Under the pieces are notes generated by a model. The model made no database searches and was not told where the DNA came from. It saw only the letters and a list, made by a program, of their open reading frames with translations. The translations under genes were made by a program, and so were the position numbers. This document shows, piece by piece, positions 1 to 8,660 of a DNA stretch of 64,000 nucleotides (its first letter is position 1; each line of letters starts with the position of its first letter). Location: assembly GCF_048593235.1 (NCBI RefSeq), contig NC_133623.1, positions 40,416,211 to 40,480,210 of the forward strand. The letters are read 5' to 3'. The DNA comes from Sminthopsis crassicaudata (taxonomy: Eukaryota).

Positions 1-2310
1 TGAATGGGGAAAGATACAGATGGATTTGAGTAGAAAAAGTAGTTCAATTGATATCAAAGTTTAGATTCATGTTCCAGAATCCACATGAACTGTCTATAGC
101 CTTGGCCAAGACCCTTGATCTCTCTGAGCCTTAGTTGTTCTCATCTGTAGAGTTGCTATGTTTTTCTCTTCCTACTTTTACTTGCTCGCAAAGGATGAGC
201 AATAACAAAAAGGAAAGCATCTTACCAATTGCCATGCGCTTTGAACATTGTGTGATAGAAAGTTTCCTTCTCTTTCCCTGCCCTCCTTGCGCTACCCTTT
301 TCTCTTTTAAGGCTTATTTCAAAAGAGCAATTTTTACATTGATAAATCTCCTTGATTGTAATATTTATAGTGACGAAATATGGAAGAGAGAAGAGTTGCT
401 AAACTCACATTTTCCATCACTGTTTTCTCCCATGCCATCAGTTGAATATTTCCATGGTTGAAATTCATATTTTCATTGATCACTGGGTAAGGGGCTGCCT
501 CTGGATTTCTCAGAGGGGTTTTTGTCCTTCCTTTGAGGAGGACTTGCCTAAAATTATATTACATGCCATCTCATTCTTGGTCCCTTTCCTTGCCACTTTC
601 CCCATACCCCCTGCTGTGAGGTCGTCTCCAAATGATCTCCTACCACATAATAGTTGTTTTGTAAAGTTATATTCAAATTTGAAAGCAAAATACTTGTCAT
701 TCTAATTGGTTTCTATATTTATATATACTCTGTATTGGGTACCTTTGTTCAGATAGCTCAGTAAGGACTTGAGAGAGACATTGTGCCAAATGAAGCATAT
801 TAATCACTGAAATTTTTTGGATGGTGAAAGATGTAGCTGGACATGCGAAGAAAAATAGTGGACTTGAAATCAGTATCCAGATTCATATTCCAGAATCAAC
901 ATGAACTTTCTATTTTGCCTTGGCAGAAATTCTTGATTTCTGAGCCTCAGTTGTCCTCCCATGTCCAACAAGGATATTTTCCCGTACCTACTTTCACTGA
1001 GTTGCAAAAGATAAGCAACTAGAAAAAGGTGAAGATTTTGTCCATTATGTCAAACTTTGTACAGCGCTTTTGCTATGTGGCAGACATTTGCCATCTCTTT
1101 CCCTGTCCTCCTTGCCACACATCTTCCTCCTTTGAGGCGTATTCCAAAAGAGCATATTTTTCATTGATTAATCTCCTTGAATATAACATTTCTAGGAAAG
1201 AAATAAGGAACAGAGAGGAGTGGCTAAACTCAAGTTTTGAGGATAGCAAAGATACCCTCAGTAGGAGAGTCATTCCATTGAGAGTTTTTACAATTTTTAT
1301 ACATTTCAGACAAAGAACCCCCTCAAATACCCCCCTGTATTGTGTGATTGGTCACGTAGTCTTTATTCCCCTATTTGGTCAGTGGAATGCAGTAGATGTA
1401 TAACTTTCCCACCAGTGTCCTTCTTTGAACAATAGAATATAGACTAGGCCTTATCTAAAATCACATGCTTCCTCAACTGAGGCCTTAAGACTTATATAAC
1501 AGTCCCTGATCAATATGTGCTTAATCTGTAAGTTCTTCACTTTTTTCTCATATATTTGCTACCACCTTCTTGGTACCTTTCCTTGAAACTATCTCCATAC
1601 CTTCTGCTGTGAGGTCTTTTCCTAGTGATCGTCATATTTGTTTTGTATGTTATATTCAAATTTGAAAGCGATATACTTATCATTCTTTTTGGTCTCTACA
1701 TTTATAGCTACCCTGTGTTATGCACCTTTGTCCCATGTAGCTCAGTAAAGACTTGAGAAACATTTTACCCAAATAACCTCATTAATCACTGAAGTCTTTT
1801 GATTGGTGAAAGATCTAGCTGGATATTAGTAGAAAAAGTAGTGGACTTCAAATCACCATCCAGATTCATGTTCCAGAATCACCACAAAGTGTTTATCATT
1901 TGGCCAAGACCTTTGACTTCCCTGAACCTGTGTTTTGTTCTTCTCTTCTGTAGAATGAAAAAAAAAATTTCCCTCTGTACTTTTGCTGGCTCGTGAAGGA
2001 TCACCAACACTAAAAAGGAATGTACTTTCCACTCAGAAGATTTGTACTACAGTTATTCGAATTCAATTTCTTCTTTTGCACTAAAACAATAAACACCTTT
2101 TTTTTTTACATTTAAAAAATTTCCACTGTAAGTGGTTATAGGGGATCGTATAAATATAAACATTCTGAATTCTTTGTAATTGTACTTTCTTCTTCCTTCA
2201 TGACACCTTGCCTTAACACTGTCTGCATGCCCCCTGCTGTGAGTTCTTCTCCCCGTGATCTCCTGCCACATTATGCTTGTTTTGTACGGTTTATTCAAAT
2301 TTGTAAGTTT
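1..2310. repeat. Old, diverged tandem triplication (units about 1-820, 821-1800 and a partial 1801-2310; may continue left of the window)
   Basis: The same blocks recur in order. A MIR-derived block contains agattcat(g/a)ttccagaatc near 63, 880 and 1863. ctctttccctg(c/t)cctccttg...aaaagagca...aatctccttga occurs near 270-355 and 1096-1180. ctgctgtgag...tattcaaatttg occurs near 611-681, 1604-1664 and 2234-2303. Confidence 0.85.
25..250 (+). mobile_element. MIR-type CORE-SINE, degenerate (unit A copy; paralogous copies at about 850-1075 and 1825-2050)
   Basis: The stretch ccttggccaagacccttgatctctctgagccttagttgttctcatctgtag resembles the MIR core ccttgggcaagtcacttaacctctctgagcctcagtttcctcatctgtaaa. 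Confidence 0.7.
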
Positions 2311-2330
2311 AAATGGATTGGGGGAGTGTA

Positions 2331-2464
2331 GAGGCAGCTGGGGGGGGGCACAGTGAACAGAGCATTGGCACTACAGTAAGGACCACCTGAGTTTAAATCC
2401 AGTCTTAAACAATGTGACCTGGGGCAAGTCACTTAACCCAAATTGCCTTGCCTAAATAAATAAG
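2331..2464 (+). mobile_element. Marsupial tRNA-derived CORE-SINE (WSINE1/SINE1-like)
   Basis: Head gaggcagctggggggggcacagtgaacagagc, B-box-like gagtttaaatcc, core gtgacctggggcaagtcacttaacccaaattgcctt, and an A-rich tail. Confidence 0.75.
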
Positions 2465-2726
2465 AATTCAATTGAACAGATATGTCATTGAAAAAATAAA
2501 AGGTGTTTGCTCAAATGAGGATACTTCTCTGAGGATGCTGGAGATCAGCTTCCCACATTTATCTGGAGAGAGCAAACTTTTTCAGAGAAAAGACCCCCCC
2601 CCCCAGGTGGTATTTCTTCTGCGGCCTCCAATGTTAGTCACTCTGGGTTAGCAGAAGACAAGGAGGGAGGGGCAGGTAGGAAATTGCATGGGCTTGCAAA
2701 TTGGGATATCTGGGTTCAACTTCCTT

Positions 2727-2729
<3 letters not shown>

Positions 2730-2769
<40 letters not shown>
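2730..2769. repeat. (TG)20 microsatellite
   Basis: Read directly from the sequence. Confidence 0.97.
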
Positions 2770-2770
<1 letters not shown>

Positions 2771-4399
2771 TAGAGACTTAAAAAGTTGGTATAACTCATC
2801 TCTGACCCATACTAGTGGAGACAAAAGACCAAAGTCTGAGAATTGGCCCTGTCACTAATCATGTAGAAATCAGTTGTAGCCTAATTATTTGTATGTTTGA
2901 CTCCATATTTATGTTCTATCCTGTAAATTTAGTGCTTCAGTCAACATCTTCCAGGAAAACTCCATTGACCTGGCAACCGGTCTGTAATTTATGGTCTAAG
3001 AGTTGTACTTTGGACACTAAAAGCTTAGAAGCTTATATTCTCCTAGTCAGGATGTGTATAAGGCAGGGTTTTAATGTAGGTCTTCTTATTTAGTCTACCA
3101 CATGGCTTCTTGTGCTTACTGATTTTCCTGGGAAATGTATTTCATGTCAAGAAGAAGCCTCTGAGCTCCCCAGGGTTCCTGTAGTTAAATAGAAATCCTG
3201 GTAGACCCTCCCAAATAGGAAAGCCTTTTGAGTTGATTATAGCGGCAGGGGAACAGGAAAAAATGTTGATTTGGGGGTTTGTATCTGTACTGCTTAAGAT
3301 ATTACTTGGCACATATATTAGGTGTGTAATGGGGTGCAGTGTTACAAGTGTGTTGGGTTTGGAATCTGTAGAATGGCTTCAAAATTTGGCTTCTTACCCA
3401 TGTGACTTTGGCCCACGTGATTTGTGCCTTCATACTGTCATGTGTAAAAGATGGGGTTTGGGCCAAATGATCCCAGAATCCCTTGTGCTTGTAGTTCTGT
3501 GATGTTAACTGTGCTGCTGGGCAGGTTATTCCCCAGTTTCTGTTTCCTTTCTGAAAATAGTGGGGGCAGACTAGATGGCCCTTTTCTGCTCCAAAGGATT
3601 ATGGGATCCTCTGCCCAGTCTAATTTGATACAGAGAGGCTTGTTGCCAGCAGTTTAGACACCAGATGAACTTCAGGGTTATGAGTACTGTTGAAATGAAA
3701 GGGGAAAAGCAATACAGTGCTAGGGGTCCCTCCTCAGAATAAGCTGAGAAAAAATTCTAAATGAGAATTTCAGAGTGAATTAGGTCTTTCTTAGTGATCA
3801 GGGGAAAGTTGAATGTTCAGTAACTGAAACAGCTAAATATTGGTTTGGAGAACCAGGTTGGTAGACTGAAGGTTGGGTTAGGTGGTCTGTAAATGAATGA
3901 TCATCTGGTCTAAGGTCACTTCTCTTCCTTGGGACTTAATTGGACTTCAAGGTTTTCTTGAGCTTGAAGTTTGTTTTCCTATGAAGAAGCTGCTTAACCT
4001 GCTTAGGTCTCAGTTTCTTTCTGTGCAAGTAGGAGCTATCTTAGGGACTTGTTAGAGCCTCAAGGTAATATGTCAGGTGCTTTGCAATCCTCACAGAAAT
4101 CCAGAAAGAGCGGCTCTTTTTATTGTGATTATTATGTGGAAATTGGGGAAGTTTTAAGGGTGTAACTTTAGACCTAGGTTGCTAAAGCCCATGCCCTCAG
4201 GGAACTTTGGTTTCTTGCTTTGTAAAATGGCGGGCTTTGGACAACTGGGTTATGGGATACCTTCCAATGCTAGGTCTTTATTTCTATTTGGATATTCCCC
4301 AACCATGACCCAGTTTTCTTTTCTGGAAGGAAAGAATTGAACTTGACCCCGTGTTCTTACCCTTCCCTCCCCCTCCCCATGCCATGTTGTGTGTTACTT

Positions 4400-4603
4400 T
4401 AACCTATTTAAAAGCATGTTTGTGGAGGGGGGGGGGGCGGGGGAGAAGATCTCGGAGCTGGCGCAGGGTTCCAATGTGAGAATCTCGGCACCTGGTCGCG
4501 TGACCTTACGGTTTCTCCGCGCTTAAGGTCACTGGCGGGAAAACGGGTGTGTGACGCAGGCAAACAGAAGCTACCATTGCTAGGCACCTATTGCTAAGTA
4601 GCC
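4400..4603 (+). promoter_or_regulatory. CpG-rich proximal promoter/5' UTR of EXOSC6
   Basis: Local CpG enrichment against a depleted background. G-run/GC box ggggcgggg at about 4434-4442, E2F-type tggcgggaaa at 4533-4542, CRE-like tgacgca at 4552-4558, a 9-bp inverted repeat at 4500-4508/4524-4532, and gccATG Kozak context at 4604. Confidence 0.7.
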
Positions 4604-5521
4604 ATGCCTGGTGATCACAAACGCATTCGAGGTCCAGAGGACTCGCAGCCGCCCATCCTTTACGCGCCTCCGGAGCAAATTGAAGAGGCCCAGGTTCGAG
4701 ATTTCATCCCGAACCGGGACCCCCGGCGCCAGCGGCCTGTGTACGTCAGGGCAGGTCAGACCAGCCAGGCTACTGGCTCTTCTTTCTTAGAGTCAGGAGA
4801 TACCAAGATTGTCGCTTCTGTGTACGGTCCGCGCCAAGTGGAGGGAGGGGAGCCACTGACTGGCCTCCAAGGGCGCCTAATATGCGACTTCCGCCGGGCA
4901 CCTTTCTCGGGGAGGGGGAAAAGGAAAACTCCTTCCAGCAACAACAGGGAAGAGAAGGAAATGAGCCTGGCACTTCAAGAGGCTCTCATGCCAGCAGTTC
5001 AATTGCTGCGCTACCCCCGTGCCCAGCTCGAAGTTTACGTTTTGGTTCTCGAGGATGGTGGCGCAATTTTAGCATCTGGTATCATTGCCGCTTCCTTGGC
5101 CTTGGCAGACGCCGGCATAGAGATGTTCGACCTGGTGTCCGCGTGCAGCCTGGTCCTCTCCGCAGACGCCGATCCCGTTTGGCTCTTGGATCCCGTTCTG
5201 TACGAGGAGCAGCAGGCTTCCGGTGGCCTTACCGTGGCCCTTATGCCCGTGCGCAACGAAGTGTCTGGCCTTTTGGGCAGTTCAGAAGGCTGCAGCGCAG
5301 AGCTCTGGGCAGAAGGCGTGCGCCTCGGTATGGAAGGCTGTCAGCGGCTCTACACAACCCTGCACAAGTGCCTGGTGAGGTCCACCCGGAGAAGGAGACA
5401 AGAAGTCCAAATCCAAGCTCAAGCCCGGAGAGCTGCAGAGCGGGATCTAGCTGCCCAGGATCTCCCACCAACTCTACCACTTCCACCTGTTCAACACTCT
5501 CCCGCTGAGGCCTCTGAGTAA
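4604..5521 (+). CDS. EXOSC6: Exosome complex component MTR3 (RNase PH-like core subunit), single exon, 305 aa
   Basis: The translation matches human EXOSC6 blocks as recalled: MPGDH(K/R)RIRGPE(D/E)SQPP, RPVY.RAG..SQA.GS, GRL.CDFRRAPF, LALQEAL.PAV.L.RYPRAQLEV..L.LEDGG, ALADAG.EM.DLV, WLLDP, GLTVALMPV.N.V.GLLGS, VRLG.EGCQRLY. The ORF is uninterrupted; human EXOSC6 is also intronless. Confidence 0.97.
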   Translation: MPGDHKRIRGPEDSQPPILYAPPEQIEEAQVRDFIPNRDPRRQRPVYVRAGQTSQATGSSFLESGDTKIVASVYGPRQVEGGEPLTGLQGRLICDFRRAPFSGRGKRKTPSSNNREEKEMSLALQEALMPAVQLLRYPRAQLEVYVLVLEDGGAILASGIIAASLALADAGIEMFDLVSACSLVLSADADPVWLLDPVLYEEQQASGGLTVALMPVRNEVSGLLGSSEGCSAELWAEGVRLGMEGCQRLYTTLHKCLVRSTRRRRQEVQIQAQARRAAERDLAAQDLPPTLPLPPVQHSPAEASE

Positions 5522-6013
5522 TAGGCCAGGGCCGGATGCCCACTACCCAGTAACAGCACTTCTCCCCCTCCCCTAGCTGCAGCACTCCCTGCAGAAGCCA
5601 CTCTCCACGACTGAAGTCTGAAGACTTCTTTCCTTCCTTCCTCCTCTCCCCACGGTTTCATCCTTTGGAAAGCAGATGCCAGAGCCCTGCCCATCTTCCT
5701 CACGCCCACCGGAACCGTCTCGCCTCCTGGAAACGGGAAAGCTGGCTCCCCAGATCCTCTCCGCCTACTTCACCTTCGGGAAAGCCAGGACGCCCAAGAA
5801 GCAGGGACTACCCCAGCACCGGAACACCTTCCGCTTGCAGCGTGGTTCTCTGGAGACCCAGAGGACAGCGCTGACGGGAAAGGCGGAGGGAGACAGACGG
5901 AACCCGCTACAACATCCACAAGAGGAGGGTCTCTTCCCAACTGCTACCCCACCCCCATCCACCCCCTTCCCCCTACCCACAGTCGATTCTCTCACACTTG
6001 TTTTCAAAACATT

Positions 6014-6058
6014 AATAAACATAAGAATTCTTTAAAAGTTGTGGCTGTGTGTTTTGGG
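6014..6058 (+). terminator. Polyadenylation signal of EXOSC6 with GU-rich downstream element
   Basis: AATAAA at 6014-6019 followed by gttgtggctgtgtgttttggg at about 6038-6058. This implies cleavage near 6030-6040 and a 3' UTR of about 500 nt. Confidence 0.8.
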
Positions 6059-6114
6059 AAAAGGCAGCTTCTTTAGATCCCCCCACCATGCTCAGGACAC
6101 GAAGGGGATAGAGA

Positions 6115-8200
6115 AGGGAGGCCCCCTCTGAGTCCAGGGTCATCAGGGAACAAGATAGGGAGGCCCCCCTCTCAGTTCAGAGCCGGGAGAGGGACAAGAT
6201 AGGAGGGCCCCCTCTAAGTTCAGGGCTGGGAGAGGGACAAGTTTCAGGAGACCCTCCTCTGAATTCAGGGCCAGGAGGGGACAGGGAAGGGAGACCCCCC
6301 TCTGAGTCCAGGTCCAGGAGGGGGGCAAGATAAAGAGGCCCCCTCTGAGTTCAGGGTTGGGGGGGACAAGATAGGGAGGCCCCCCTCTGAATTCAGGGCC
6401 AGGAGGGGGACAAGGTTGAGGATACCCCCCTCTGAGTCCAGGGGCGGGAGGGGGACAAGGTTGAGGAGACCCCCCTCCAAATTCAGGGCCAGCAGGGGGA
6501 CAAGATAAGGAGGCCCCCTCTGAGTCCAGGGTAGGGAGGGGGACAAGATAAGGAGACCCCCCTCCGAATTCAGGGCCAGCAGGGGGACAAGATAAGGAGG
6601 CCCCCCTCTGAGTTCAGGGTCATCAGGGGACAAGATAGGGAGGCCCCCCTCTGAATTCAGGGCCAGGAGGGGGACAAGGTTGAGGATACCCCCCTCTGAG
6701 TCCAGGGGCGGGAGGGGGACAAGGTTGAGGAGACCCCCCTCCAAATTCAGGGCCAGCAGGGGGACAAGATAAGGAGGCCCCCTCTGAGTTCAGGGTTGGG
6801 GGGGACAAGATAGGGAGGCCCCCCTCTGAATTCAGGGCCAGGAGGGGGACAAGATTGAGGAGACCCCCCTCTGAGTCCAGGGTAGGGAGGGGGACAAGAT
6901 AAGGAGACCCCCCTCCGAATTCAGGGCCAGCAGGGGGACAAGATAAGGAGGCCCCCCTCTGAGTTCAGGGTCATCAGGGGACAAGATAGGGAGGCCCCCC
7001 TCTGAATTCAGGGCCAGGAGGGGGACAAGGTTGAGGAGCCCCCCCTCTGAGTTCAGGGGCGGGAGGGGGACAAGATAGGGAGACCCCCCTCTGAGTCCAG
7101 GGCCAGGAGGGGGACAAGGTTGAGGATACCCCCCTCTGAGTCCAGGGGGTGGGAGGGGGACAAGGTTGAGGAGACCCCCCTCTGAGTCCAGGGGCGGGAG
7201 GGGGACAAGGTTGAGGAGACCCCCCTCCAAATTCAGGGCCAGCAGGGGGACAAGATAAGGAGGCCCCCTCTGAGTTCAGGGTCGGAGGGACAAGATAGGG
7301 AGGCCCCCCTCTGAGTTCAGGGTCGGAGGGACAAGATAGGGAGGCCCTCCTCTGAATTCAGGGCCAGGAGGGGACAGGGAAGGGAGGCCCCCCTCTGAGT
7401 CCAGGTCCAGGAGGGGGACAAGGTTGAGGAGACCCCCTTCTGATTCAGGGTCAGGAGTGTGACAAGGTAGGGAGCCCCCCCCTCTGAGTTCAGGGTCGGG
7501 GGGGGGACAAGATAGGGAGACCCCCCTCTGAGTTCAGGGTCAGGAGTGTGACAAGGAAGGGAGACCCCCCCCTCTGAGTCCAGGGCCGGGAGGGGGACAA
7601 GATAGGGAGACCCCCCTCTGAGTTTAGGGCTGGGAGGGGAACAAGTTTGAGGAGACCCCCCTCTAAGTTCAGGGCCAGGAGGGGACAGGGAAGGGAGACC
7701 CCCCCCTCTGAGTCCAGGTCCAGGAGGGGGACAAGATAAGGAGGCCCCCTCTGAGTTCAGGGTCGGGGGGACAAGATAGGGAGGCCCCCCTCTGAATTCA
7801 GGGCCAGGAGGGGGACAAGATTGAGGAGACCCCCCTCTGAGTTCAGAGACAAGGTTGAGGAGACCCCCCTCTGAGTTCAGGACTGGGAAAGAGACAAGGT
7901 TGAGGAGACCCCCCTCTGAGTTCAGGGCCATTAGGGGGGACAACATAGGGAGGCCCCCCTCTGAGTTTAGGGTTGGGAGGGGGACAAGTTTGAGGAGACC
8001 CCCCTCTGAGTTCAGGGCCAGGAGGGGGACAAGATAGGAAGGCCCCCTCTAAGTTCAGGGCTGGGAGAGGGACAAGGTCGAGGAGACCCCCCTCTGAGTC
8101 CAGGGCCAGGAGGGGGACAAGGTCGAGGAGACCCCCCTCTGAGTCCAGGGCCAGGAGGGGGACAAGGTTGAGGAGACCCCCCTCTGAGTTCAGGGCCAGG
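6115..8200. repeat. GC-rich minisatellite/VNTR, unit about 45 bp (variants about 42-46), roughly 45-48 copies, with degenerate units extending to about 6077 and 8340
   Basis: Approximate consensus gagacccccctctgagttcagggccaggagggggacaag(atagg/gttgag). The 15-aa periodicity in the minus-strand ORFs (EGGLLDLVPLLALDS) confirms a 45-nt unit. Confidence 0.97.
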
Positions 8201-8389
8201 ATGCAGATGGGATAGGGAAGTCCCCCACCTTCCTCAGGGTGGGATGGGGCAAGGTTAGGGAGACCCCCCATTGAGTTAACTGAAATGGGGCCATGTTAGG
8301 CAGGCCCCTAGTGGGCAGGGCAGGGTGGAGAGGCCTCCCTCTGTGCTCCGGGCTGGCATGTGTGATTAGATAGCCTTCATCCATATATG

Positions 8390-8660
8390 GAGAAACTGGT
8401 ATTTTATAATATCTTGGTATATTGTATATCTTTGTTTCGATTATACATTATATATTAATATAATGACGTAATTATTATTAATGTTGTGTTGGGACAATGA
8501 AAGTATATTCATATATATTGCATAGTATCTATATATGATATACTATATGTGTATACTATATATACACTATGTAGATATGGGTAGCATGCATATATATATA
8601 TGTCCATGCCTTCCTCTATATGTATGTACCTGTGTATATATGCTAATATGTCTGCATAGA
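8390..8660. repeat. AT-rich / (TA)-rich low-complexity tract
   Basis: Degenerate tatata/gtatat runs. Confidence 0.8.

Noticed and set aside
4756-5709. Alternative-frame and antisense ORFs overlapping EXOSC6 (e.g. 4882-5508, 208 aa)
   Set aside because: These are shadow ORFs of GC-rich coding sequence with no recognisable protein features.
5676-6035. 119-aa ORF in the EXOSC6 3' UTR
   Set aside because: Low-complexity Pro-rich translation of C-rich UTR, with no homology recognised.
6115-8200. CRISPR-like appearance (constant segments with a short variable middle)
   Set aside because: The variable parts are only 4-6 nt and recur, there are no unique spacers or cas genes, and the DNA is mammalian. 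It is a minisatellite.
6143-8384. Long minus-strand ORFs (up to 209 aa) with Leu/Pro/Gly 15-aa periodicity
   Set aside because: They are a by-product of a 45-nt stop-poor repeat. Frames shift at every 44- or 46-nt variant, and there is no promoter, splice or domain support.
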